This document shows, piece after piece, positions 36,430 to 47,759 of a stretch of 64,000 nucleotides of DNA (positions within the stretch are counted from its first letter, which is position 1; the number at the start of each line of letters is the position of its first letter). The stretch covers positions 101,076,578 through 101,140,577 of the forward strand of contig JARDVH010000073.1 in NCBI GenBank assembly GCA_030324005.1, given 5' to 3'. The position numbers and the translations under genes were made by a program. The DNA comes from Negaprion brevirostris. Its lineage: Eukaryota. The notes below the pieces were generated by a model that saw only the letters and a program-made list of their open reading frames with translations, was not told where the DNA came from and made no database searches.

Positions 36430-39400
36430 GATACTTACTTCAGCACAGAAGAAGCTGAATGAGGAGTAACTGATAAGTTATTCTAATTTTAATAAATAGT
36501 TTGTAAAGCTAAGGTATGGCAAGGCACTCCAACTGGAACGTACACCCTGTGGAATGTGGAAAGTCACGGTTGCACCATGTGTCCTCAACAAGCACATCTG
36601 CAGGAAGTGTCACTGCTTTCAGCAGCTTGAGTTCAAGTTTCAGAATTCATGCCGTGGTTAGGGTCGCAATGCTACATCCAGGAGGTTGAGAACTATGTGA
36701 ATAGCACATTTAGAGAGGTGGTCACACCCCAGGTCAAGAGCATGCAGGCAGAGAGGGAACGCATGACCACCAGGCAGTCTAAGAGAACCAGGCATGAGGT
36801 GCAGGAGTCCCATGAGTTGATCTTGCTTGTGAACTTGTTTTCTGCTTTGGATACTGGTCAGGACTATGGTTCCTCAGAGCAAAAGTCAAGTCCGTGGCAC
36901 GACGGATGGCTCAGCTGCACCAGAAGTGAGAAAGAACAGTGAACAAGCAATAGTGATTGGGGATTCATTTATCAGGGGAACAGAAAGGTGTTTCTGCAGC
37001 CATAAATATGACTGCAGGCTGGTAATTTGCCTCTCTGAGGGATCAAGGATGTCACAGAGCAGCTGCAGGACATTCTTCTGAGGAACATTGAACAACTAAA
37101 GGCTGTGATCCACTTTGGTATGAACAATATAGGAAAAGGGTTGTTATCCTGAAAGGAGATGTTAGAAAGTTAGGAAAGAAATTAAAAAACAGGACCTCAG
37201 AAGCAGAAATCTCAGGATTTCTCCTAGTGCCATTTGTTAGTGAGCACAGGAATAGGAAGCAAAAACAGAAAATGCTGGAAAATCTCAGCATCTATGGAGA
37301 GAGAATAGAGCTAATGCTTCAAGTCTCAAAGAGGAATAGAAGGATTGAGTGAAGGAACACATGGCTGGAGAAGTAGTGTAGGAGGGACTAAATTAGATTT
37401 CTGAAGCACTGGGATCAGTTCTGCGGCAGGTGGGACCTAAACAAGATGGATGAGTTGCACCTTAGCAGGTACTAACATCCTCGCAGGGACATTTTTGAGT
37501 GCTGTTGCGGAGGGTTTGAACCAACTTGGCAGGGAAGGTGGGAATCTGAGAAGGAATTCAGATTGGAGAGAAGCAAACATTTCTAAAAGGAAGTACAAAA
37601 GTGGGACGTGAAATTCAAATGTGGACAAAGAAAAGGCAATCATCAAAATTCAGAATAATGTTAAAAAGACAAAGTTAAGAAGACTATCTGAATGCACACA
37701 GCATTCAAAACATGGTGGATGATTTGAAGATACAAACAGAAGCAAACAAGTACAAATTAATTGCCTTTAGATTGGCTAGGAGGGAGTTGAAGAGTGAGTT
37801 AAGGGCTAAAAGAGGACTTGAGAAGACTTTGACTGATAGGATTAAGGAGAATCCTAAGGCGTTCTATAGGTATGTTAAGAACAGAAGGTTGGTTAGGGCA
37901 AGATTAGGGNNNNNNNNNNNNNNNNNNNNNNNNNNNNNNNNNNNNNNNNNNNNNNNNNNNNNNNNNNNNNNNNNNNNNNNNNNNNNNNNNNNNNNNNNNN
38001 NNNNNNNNNGAAAAGATGGGCATAGCGTTGTTAATAAAGGACAAAATCAGTACATTAGTGAGGCAGGCTTTTAGGTCAAGATACCAGGATGTGGAGTCAG
38101 TTTGGGTGAAGCTATGAAACAGCAAGGAGTTGTTCATAGGCCACCAAACAGTAGTGGTAATTTTGAGTAGGATATAAATCAGGAAATTAGAGGTGCAAAT
38201 AATAAAGGTAATACAGTAATTATGAGTGATTTCAATCCACATATAGACTAGATAAACCAAATCAGCGTTAATACTATGGAAGGTGAATTCCTGGATGTAT
38301 GAGATGGGTTTCTGGTGCAAAATGCTGAAGAACCAACTAGAATCAGGCTATTTTAGATTTGGTGTTGAGTAATGAAAAAGCACTAACTAATAGTTTTGTT
38401 GCAAAGGACACTTGAGAAAATAGTGACCACAATATGATGGAATGTTATATTAAGTCTGAAAGTGAGATAGTTCATTCCAAAACTAGGGTCTTAAATCTGA
38501 ACATAGCAAATTAAGAAGTTATGAGGGGAAAGTTGGATAGAGTGCATTGGTAAAATATATTACAAGATTTGACGTGGATGTACAATGGCTAATATGAAGT
38601 GCTTGGGCTACAGTTGTTCACATTCTATATAAACTATTTGCACACGGAGATCAAATTTACAGCCTCAAATTTGCTGCTGACACAAAGCTACAAAGAACAA
38701 AGAAAATTACAGCACAGGAACAGGCCCTTCGGCCCTCCAGGCCTGCACCGACCATGCTTCCTGACTGAACTAAAACGCCCTACCCTTCCAGGGACCATAT
38801 CCCTCTATTCCCATTCTATTCATGTACTTGTCAAGACACCCCTTAAAAGCCACTACTGTATCTGCTTCCACTACCTCCCCCAGCAATGAGTTCCAGGCAC
38901 CCCCTACTCTCTGTGTAAAAAATCTATCTCGTACATCTCTCTTAAACCTTGTCCCTTGCACCTTAAACCTATGCCCCCTAGTAATTGACTCTTCCACCCT
39001 GGGAAAAAGCTTCTGACTGTCCACTCTGTCCATGCCTCTCACAATCTTGTAGCCTTCTATCAGGTCGCCCTTCAACCTCATCAGTTGAAGGAAATATCCG
39101 TTACGAGGGAGGAAGTGCTAAGGTTTTTAGGTAGCATAAAAACGGATAAAGCTCTGGGGCCTGATGGTATTTATCCCNNNNNNNNNNNNNNNNNNNNNNN
39201 NNNNNNNNNNNNNNNNNNNNNNNNNNNNNNNNNNNNNNNNNNNNNNNNNNNNNNNNNNNNNNNNNNNNNNNNNNNNNNNNNNNNNNNNNNNNNNNNNNNN
39301 NNNNNNNNNNNNNNNNNNNNNNNNNNNNNNNNNNNNNNNNNNNNNNNNNNNNNNNNNNNNNNNNNNNNNNNNNNNNNNNNNNNNNNNNNNNNNNNNNNNN

Positions 39401-40580
39401 NNNNNNNNNNNNNNNNNNNNNNNNNNNNNNNNNNNNNNNNNNNNNNNNNNNNNNNNNNNNNNNNNNNNNNNNNNNNNNNNNNNNNNNNNNNNNNNNNNNN
39501 NNNNNNNNNNNNNNNNNNNNNNNNNNNNNNNNNNNNNNNNNNNNNNNNNNNNNNNNNNNNNNNNNNNNNNNNNNNNNNNNNNNNNNNNNNNNNNNNNNNN
39601 NNNNNNNNNNNNNNNNNNNNNNNNNNNNNNNNNNNNNNNNNNNNNNNNNNNNNNNNNNNNNNNNNNNNNNNNNNNNNNNNNNNNNNNNNNNNNNNNNNNN
39701 NNNNNNNNNNNNNNNNNNNNNNNNNNNNNNNNNNNNNNNNNNNNNNNNNNNNNNNNNNNNNNNNNNNNNNNNNNNNNNNNNNNNNNNNNNNNNNNNNNNN
39801 NNNNNNNNNNNNNNNNNNNNNNNNNNNNNNNNNNNNNNNNNNNNNNNNNNNNNNNNNNNNNNNNNNNNNNNNNNNNNNNNNNNNNNNNNNNNNNNNNNNN
39901 NNNNNNNNNNNNNNNNNNNNNNNNNNNNNNNNNNNNNNNNNNNNNNNNNNNNNNNNNNNNNNNNNNNNNNNNNNNNGTTGGCAAATGTTGATGTCCAAAA
40001 GGATTTGGGTGTCCTTGTTTATGAGTTACTAAGAGCTGGCAGGCAGGTGCAGCAAGCAACTAGGAAGACAAATTGTATGCTGGTCGTCATCACAAGGGAA
40101 TTTGAGAACAGGAGTAAAGAGATCTTGCTGAAATTCGGTACACCCTTGGCGAGACCGCACCTGGAGTATTGTGTACCATTTTAGTCTCCTTACCGAAGGA
40201 AGGATATAATTGTCATAGAGTTAGTGCAATAAAGGTTCACTATGTTAATTCCTGGGATGGTGGGATTGTCTAATGAGAAGAGATGGAGGAAACTGGGCCT
40301 GTAACCTCTAGAGTTTTAGTAGTGGTGATCTCACTGAAATTTACAAATTTCTTGGAATGTGACATGATAAATGAGATTGGCTATTTCCCTTGGCTGGTGA
40401 GTCAAGAACCAGAGGACACAATTATGGATTAAAAGACAGATCATTTAAGACTGGGATGAAGAGGAATCTCTTCACTCATACAGTGGTTCATACACTCTTC
40501 ACTTACACAGAATTCTTTGGAATTCTCTACCCCAGAGGGCTCTGAAGGTCATTGATTGAACACATTCAAGACTATGACTT
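36430..40580 (+). mobile_element. Near full-length, disrupted CR1 LINE composite (ORF1 zinc finger + SGNH esterase, APE endonuclease, RT) with nested CR1 pieces and gaps
   Basis: ORF1 'CGMWKV..HICRKCHCFQQLE' and 'AIVIGDSFIRGTERCFC'; APE remnants 'caggctattttagatttgg' and 'agtgaccacaatatg'; 'IKENPKAFYRYVK'; 'KTDKALGPDGIYP'; 'LARPHLEYCV'. Confidence 0.9.
38690..39080 (-). mobile_element. Younger CR1/HER1 3' end nested in the 36.4-40.6 kb LINE
   Basis: Open frame 'RLKGDLIEGYKIVRGMDRVDSQKLFPRVEESITRGHRFKV..FFTQRVGGAWNSL'. Confidence 0.9.
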
Positions 40581-40837
40581 TCTGACACAGAGGAAAATGT
40601 GCTACCACTGAGTCAAGATACTGTTTAATCCCCTGTGGTCACAGAGATATGATTTTATCCAGCTTAGTGTTTGATCATTACTAATTAAATTGCAGGTAAG
40701 TACTTGAACCAATCACTAGACTGATTCCTAATTCTGGGATGAGAACATTGCCCGATGATGAGTGGGCCAGTAAATTGGGCCGATATGCCTTGAGTTTAGA
40801 AGAATGAAAGGTGATCTCATTGTAAAATNNNNNNNNN

Positions 40838-41245
40838 NATAGGTAGGTTTTAAGGAACAGCTTAAAGGAGAGAGTGTAGACAGGCAGAGAGATTTGGAAA
40901 GGAATTCCAGAGCTTAGGAAGCTGAAATCATAGTTGCCAGTGATGGAGTTACAGAAATCAACATTGCACAAAATGCCAGAATTGGACAAACACAGAGATT
41001 TCTTGGCTATAGTAGGTGATAGAGACAGGGGCGATTGAGGCTACAGGGATTTGGAAGTAAGGATGAGAGTTTTAATCTTAAGTGTTTCCAAAATGAAAGT
41101 TAATAGACTTCAACAAGCACAGACAGTGATGGGAGAAAGGGATGTGATGCAAGATAGAATACGGATAGCAACAGTTTGAATGAGTACAAATTTACGGATG
41201 ATGCTAAGAACAAAGGCCAGCCAGAACGGCACTGGAGGAGATCCA
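40838..41245 (-). mobile_element. L2 3' fragment
   Basis: 'aggtaggttttaaggaacagcttaaaggag..ggaattccagagcttagg'. Confidence 0.75.
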
Positions 41246-41704
41246 TCCTGTCGCTTTGCAGCATACAGCCAGGACATTCCACCATCTTAGAAATTTCAGC
41301 TGCATAATAACTGACAGCAGCCAAATATGCTGGTGGACCCTAATGGAGGGAGGAGAATGTTTGTAGAAAAACCTCCACAGCACAAACTAGATCCAGCACG
41401 CTGATTCCATTAAGGAAACCAGCAGTATTGAGATGCAGTAACTTTTAACTGATTCCAATAACCTTCAAGAAGACACAATGATTCAATAATGATCATTTTA
41501 TCCGGTCTGTGCACAGGATCTTGGCAGGAGCTCAGGTTGCCATGGTTTGAGACCTCAGTGACCCATGTTCCATGTCATCACTCCTGAAACTGCCCAATTG
41601 TTCACATTAGGTTAGAGGAGATGCTTTTTAATCAAGAGAGGAGGAATATTAAAACAGGTAAAATATATATTGTTTCCAAAAGGCTGGTGCCTGGAGTAGT
41701 GATG

Positions 41705-41817
41705 GAGGAATTTTCCCACCGCATGCCATGGGAATCGACAGGACCATGCAAAGGTCTGTTTACCCTGGGAGGGATTTTCCAATCTTGGGGTGAGTCCATT
41801 ACAGTTAGCAAAATGCA
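41705..41817. mobile_element. MITE copy 3 (degenerate)
   Basis: 'ggaattttccc..gccatgggaatc..ccatgcaaaggtctgttt..gggattttcc..gcaaaat'. Confidence 0.55.
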
Positions 41818-42149
41818 ATTGTGCCTTAGACGATTTTTAATTTAGCCAGAGGACCCACACTGGCTTTCCTCTTTTTTGTACTTCTTTTCATGCATATGCA
41901 ACAGGAAAATATGCAATACGACAGTGTAACATTCAAGCGTGCCAGTTAGGTTTCAAAAATGTAGTGCAGGGAGGAAGGCTGCACAAAAACTTTCGCAGGA
42001 AGGTTAATCTGTCTCCTTTACAAATCGATGAGACAATTCTGTTTTCCCTAACTCTGTAAATGCAGAACCTCACACCATTTTCTTTTTATTCTAGAAGTAT
42101 TAAGGATATACACAGGATTAAAGACAACCCCCAACCTCCACTCACTTAC

Positions 42150-42818
42150 CAGCCTAAATCCGAGAGGGTTAAATAAAGTGGCCACGGGGAAGGATTAGCC
42201 TTGTTCCACTGACAGTCGATGTTTCTTTTTATGTTCCTGATAAAACCTATTACAGTCACATACTGATCTTTGTATGAGGAACTCTAGAAGCAGAGGATAA
42301 TCAGCCAACACTTCAACACTGAACGGTGATTGCGTGCCTCCGAGTAAGTAGATTGCAGTGAGTACAGCAAAGTGGCCAAAATGACTTGTACATAGCTCGC
42401 AGGCAATAATCCTGATATTCTCACCAGCATTCCCATTCTCCAGGCACACCAGGTCACAAGGATCAGCAGAGTACATCTGTGCATCCTCGCCTGTCGGCAG
42501 CCCAATTCCAGTTTAACCAGAAACGAAAGGTACAATAAACAGGCACAAAGGTTGTCACTCAATGCATGATTTTATAGAGTGCACGGAGATGAAATAGAAT
42601 GCAGAAGAAAATCCATGGGCTGATTTTCCAACTAGCACAGGTCCCATACGATTGCTTAATGAACTCCCACTGTATGTGCTTTAATGCTGCCATTAACTCT
42701 TTCAGGGCCTGCATTATAAAAGCATATCCAGGGAGATTTAGTGCAATTCCATTCAAACAAAATAGCATCAGTCAGGAAGTATATTTTCCAGTTATTCCAA
42801 TATAAACAATACCTCTTT
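42150..42818 (-). other. PTP4A3: 5'UTR exon (669 nt, uORF-rich) of a PTP4A/PRL phosphatase gene, most likely PTP4A3
   Basis: Minus-strand acceptor 'cttgtctgtgtattttcag|aaagagg' at 42819/42818 and donor 'ggctg|gtaagtgag' at 42150/42149. Unique non-repeat sequence with no through-ORF. Contains 'tggattttcttctgcattctatttcatctccgtgcactctataaaatcatgcattga', which resembles the conserved PTP4A 5'UTR uORF as I recall it. Paralog assignment is inference. Confidence 0.55.
42559..42768 (-). CDS. Upstream ORF (69 aa; in-frame ATGs at 42768, 42714, 42693) ending ...SPWIFFCILFHLRALYKIMH*, putative PRL-type Mg2+-sensing uORF
   Basis: ATG-started ORF lying entirely within the exon. The C-terminal W-x-F-F-C-I-x-F-x-L-R-A-L-Y-[KR]-I-M motif matches my recollection of the PTP4A uORF peptide; not checked by alignment. 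Confidence 0.55.
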   Translation of the reverse strand: MLFCLNGIALNLPGYAFIMQALKELMAALKHIQWEFIKQSYGTCASWKISPWIFFCILFHLRALYKIMH

Positions 42819-43204
42819 CTGAAAATACACAGACAAGCTTGCTGCAATCATTATTGTTCATTCTCCATTGAGAATTAACCACATGAAAACCTTGCCCATA
42901 TTCTGGTAAATAACTTGGTGAGCCAAAGTCTTCCATCTACACACACTACATATTCACAAAACTTCATTCCTGCTGTCATGCTTCTGTTGCATTTTTGGAT
43001 CAATTTTTTCTCATTACAAATCCTTGATCACGTTTATAATGGGAATGACCTGTGTAAACCTATCCTGCTGTAATCTTGTTCTGTCACTGGATATATATTT
43101 TTCAGTTCCCCTCAGCATGTCTTGCAGAGAAAATCACATGTCTCGCAGAGAAAATCACATGTCTCAAATGATTCCACTGCTCCCTTTTCCAAATCATATA
43201 CTGT

Positions 43205-43565
43205 AAAGTACAGCACAAGAGGAGGACATTTGGCCCATCAAGTCAGCTCCAGTTCTTCCTAAGAGCAATCTAGCTAGTCCATTCCCCTGCTCTTTCCCCA
43301 AATTCCTACAGGTATTCTTTAAGTACTTCATCAAATTTCCTTTTCAAAAATACCATCAAAACCCATCAATCTAGCAGGCAAATCTATTGCAAATCCTAAC
43401 CAATCATTGCATAATTCTCATGTCACCTGCTTTTTCCCCCTGATGTTGCCCTCAGGTTATCAATGCTTCAGTCTTTGGAAACAGTTTCTCCTCATTTTCT
43501 TTATTTCACTATTTTAAACACCTCTATCAAATCTCGCCTGAGCCTTCCTTGCTCCAAGGAGAACA
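43205..43565 (-). mobile_element. Old CR1 3' end
   Basis: 'acagcacaagaggaggacatttggcccatc..acctctatcaaatctcgcc..ctccaaggagaaca'. Confidence 0.7.
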
Positions 43566-44699
43566 AATTGTTGTGAACTTTGTTATTTAACATAAAATTT
43601 AAATATTATACAAAAAGAGCAGAATGCGGGAATTAAATCGGCATACTTTGGTTTCATGAGCACTGACCACAGCTCGGCTGAAAGCTTCGTTTGGTTTTGA
43701 TTATCCATGCGAAATGTCAAAGGAAATTGGTTTTGTGTACTATATTACAGATTTAAAGCTTTTTGTCCTTTTGTGAGAGCGACAGTGCTTTTATTTGACC
43801 CAATTAGAATGGTTTGTGCTAGTTGCCATGCAACTTGAGACACTTAGAAGGCTGTGCACATGGTTGAGTTGATATATAAATATATATTGATGCCGTGGCA
43901 ACATGCTTCTAAAAAACAAACCAAATGTAAGTAGATTCATTAAGTTAAGTGATCAAAATAAGAATAGAGGAGGTCCAGAGACACCATTTTACATGTTGTC
44001 AAAGAGAAGAAAGATTAAATAACAATTCAGCTGTTTGTCTTGGATTGTGAGTATCACAGGGAAATTTCCGTACAAGGGGGCAGTTCCTGTCTGCACAGAG
44101 CTGCAACGTTCCTGCAATCTACTTAGGAAAGCTGTGTTGCCAAGACACAAACTACCTGTAAAACTCACCTATGCCAATGAAACCAATGACAAAGCAAACA
44201 CAGCACATTAAAAAAAAAGTACCCCTTCCAAAATAAATCATGTCTGTTCCGGAAACACTGCACCTAAAAAAAAAACCTACAGTCTCACTTTGTCATCTGA
44301 ATACAATCGGCCAGTTTCCAGTCCCAAACCACCATGATCACCCAATTCAGTCTTCCAATGCCCACTCGTTCAAACAATCACTGCAAAACAGAATATCCAA
44401 ACCCTCCATCACAAATCTCTACACTTTGACAGCATCACATTAAAGGAACACTGCAGCAAGATGAAATAAACAGGCAAGCAGCACAGCAATGACTAGCTAG
44501 TGAAACATGCAAAGTTCCCTTCTCATTTAGCAAATGGTGGTGCTTTATCACTCCTCTACTCAACAAAGGACAATAACAAAAGGGATTAAATCAGGGAAAA
44601 ATAGAAGATTAGACTAAATAAGTGAGAGACATAAAAATGATATGAAAGGAAGAAATTAGAGCAAATGTGGATTCTCACATCTCTGGCTCTCCTTAAGAG

Positions 44700-46105
44700 T
44701 CAGAGATGTGAGAAATAATAATGGTGAATAAAGAAATGGCACACAGTAACCAAATACTTAATAGCTGACTTTGAAGTTGATCAAAAATCCTTCCAAAGAT
44801 AGTAGGAAACCAAGGGTCTATGGAAAATGCAGCAATTAATGGAACTAAAAGCAAAACAAATCCTTGGATGGACGACACCCTCAAGTTTTAATAGTGGTGG
44901 CAATGGAGATAGTGGACAAGTGGGTTTTGACCTTTCAATTTAAGCAAGGAGGGCAAGAAGTCAAGCCAATCAACCACTGGNNNNNNNNNNTGACCAATCT
45001 GTTAAGATTTTTGAGGTTGTAACAAAGAGAGAGAAGGAACACAAATGGGTGTTGTATATTTGGATTTTCAACAGGCAGTCGATAAGGTGCCACACAAGAG
45101 GTTATACACACAATAAAGGTTTGTGGGATTGAGGTAATATACAAGCACAGATTGAGGATTGGTTAACAAATAGAAAAAACAGACATTTTCAGGTTGACAG
45201 GCTGTAATGAATGGAACACGGTAAGGATCAATGCATGTTCTTTAACTATTTACAATCTATTGCCATGAATTTGATGAGGGACCGAGTATAATATATCCAG
45301 GTTTGCTGATGATACAAAATTAGTGGGAACGTAAACTCTGAGCATGCAAAAAGGTGGCCAACAGATTTAGACAGGTTAAATGAGCAGACAGGAATGTGGT
45401 GGATGGAATAAGTGGAGAAATGTGAATTTATCCAGTTAGGTGGGAAAAATGGAAGAGCAGAATATTCTTAAATGATGACAGATTTTATATTGAGACGGCT
45501 GTCCTTGTATGCAAATCACAGTAACCAGCAGGTTATGGCGAACAAATAAAGCAGCAAATGGAAGCTTTTATTACAAAGGAATGGAGGATAAAAGTGAAGT
45601 TTACTGCAATTGCATAGGGCTTTGGTGAGACCATAGCTGGAGTACTGTGCTTAGTTTTGGTCCACTTAGAGCAAATACAACAAAGGTTCACCAGATTGAT
45701 TCCTGAGATGAGGGATTGGCCGAAGCAGAAATTGAGTAGACCAGGCCTACATCTGCTAGAATTTAGAAAAATGAGAAGAAATCTCATTGAAACTTCGAAC
45801 TTCAGGGGCTTCAGAAAGTAGATGCCAGGAGGATGTTTCACATGGCTAAAATCCAAACTAAGGGTCATAGTGTCTGAATAAGGGAGTGGCCATTTAGTAT
45901 TTAGATGGGCGGTTAATTCACTCAAATTATTGTGAACTTTTGGAATTTTCTACTGTGAATGTTCAACCGTTGAGTATATTCATGGCAGAGATCAACAGAT
46001 TTTGTTTACCAAGAAAATCATGGATTTAATACTGCGGGAAGGTGAGACATAATTTTATTGAATGGAGAATGAGACACCTACTATTGCAGTTATTTCTTTA
46101 TGTAC
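44700..46105 (+). mobile_element. Degenerate CR1 ORF2 (RT through 3' end)
   Basis: 'tatatttggattttc..gataaggtgccacac' (YLDF..DKVPH), 'tttgctgatgatacaaaatta' (FADDTKL), 'ctggagtactgtgct'. Confidence 0.85.
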
Positions 46106-46654
46106 TAAAAAAAGGCAGACCTGTGACCAAGTACAGACAGGAAAGCTTAACAGTATCTCTACTGCCATACGTAACAGAAGTTAAATTAAGAAGAAGCTGG
46201 ATAAACAAGGGAGAAAGGAAAAGAATGTTATGCTTAGATGAAGTTGGGTGTCGGGCAAGCTGCGTGGAACACAAGCATCAGGATGGACCAATCTAAATGA
46301 CCCGTTTCTCTGTAGATATGACGATATTCAATTAAAGTGTGGATCCAGCATGCAGTCAAACACACTATTTGGCCCAAATGAAAACAGGTGCCAAATGATT
46401 TGGCAACCTGACACTCATTTTAGCATTTCTCAAATAGGGTTGTCTTCATACCAATAGCACCACAGAAAGAAGAACACCCTTTCGAAGCTAGCTTCAGCAG
46501 CAGAAACTATCTCAGAAGTTAAACTCCAAAACAAACTTATGAAAAACTCGATTAATGTGGGGATTGCAAATTAGTGCCAATAATGCACTAAACTAAGAGG
46601 TTAATCAGCTCCTGACATGGCAATGTGCGATAAGGCATCACCGTAACCATCAAA

Positions 46655-47258
46655 GAAACCTAAGATTTAGGAGCAAGAGAAGGCCATTTGGCCCACTGAG
46701 CTTGCTCTGCCGTTTGATAGGGTCGTGACTGATCTGGTTGTGGTCTCAACTCCACTTTCCTGTCTGTCCCCAATAACTCTTAACTCCCCTTTCCTACAAA
46801 AATCTATCCAACTCAGCTTTGAATAAATTAAATGACCTAACCCTCATGGCTTTCTGGTAAAGAGAATGCCACAAGGCATTTCCTTTCTCCAGAAACTTAC
46901 AAATGGCAAACTTCATACACCACGTATCCCAATTACAAGCAAAGCTAACCCGGTGCGAGGGAAAGAGCACAGTCACAACAATAATAAACACATTACAGGA
47001 AGGACGTGGAGGCTTTGGAAAGGGTGCAGAGGAGGTTTACCAGGATGTTGCCTGGTATGGAGGGGAGGTCCTATGAGGAGAGNNNNNNNNNNNNNNNNNN
47101 NNNNNNNNNNNNNNNNNNNNNNNNNNNNNNNNNNNNNNNNNNNNNNNNNNNNNNNNNNNNNNNNNNNNNNNNNNNNNNNNNNTTTTAAAAAAAACTGGTC
47201 GGCGCAACATCGTGGGCCGAAGGGCCTGTTCTGCGCTGTAATGTTCTATGTTCTATGT
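46655..47258. mobile_element. Two CR1 3' ends (46655-46880 -, 46997-47258 +)
   Basis: Reverse CR1 tail, then 'EALERVQRRFTRMLPGMEGRSYEE' and a (ttctatg)n tail. Confidence 0.85.
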
Positions 47259-47317
47259 TAATAAAAAGACCCATGGCTAATTTGAGAAAAGACTCTGGTA
47301 AATTCCATCTTATAAAA

Positions 47318-47600
47318 ATCACAGAAACCCTACAGCGCAGAAAGAGGCCATTCGGCCCATTGAGTCTGCAGTGACCACAATCCCACCCAGACCCTCCCCA
47401 TATGCCTACATATTTACCCACTAATCTCTCTAACCTCTGCATCTCAGGACACTAAGAGGCAATTTTTAGCATAGCCAATCGACCTAACCCGCACATCTTT
47501 GGACTGTGGGAGGAAATCGGAGTACCCAGAGGAAACCTATGCAGACACAAGGAGAATGTACAAACTCCATACAGACAGTGATCCAAGCTGGGAATCTGAG
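47318..47600 (-). mobile_element. HE1 V-SINE
   Basis: 'aaagaggccattcggcccat..ctttggactgtgggaggaaa..caaactccatacagacagtg'. Confidence 0.9.
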
Positions 47601-47759
47601 TTCTCCAAAACAATAATGGGCATTGTAGGCACCCTTGATGCATAGCTAGAACCACCTAAGTTCCCCCATCACAGTCCCTAAAATTCCTGCCACCAGCCAG
47701 AAGAACAAAGGCCTGTACAAGAACACCTATTAAGCAAATGTTCCGAATGTCAACACACT

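Noticed and set aside
39085-40059. 275-315 aa ORFs in the track
   Set aside because: Artefacts of translating an ~800-N gap inside a CR1 element.
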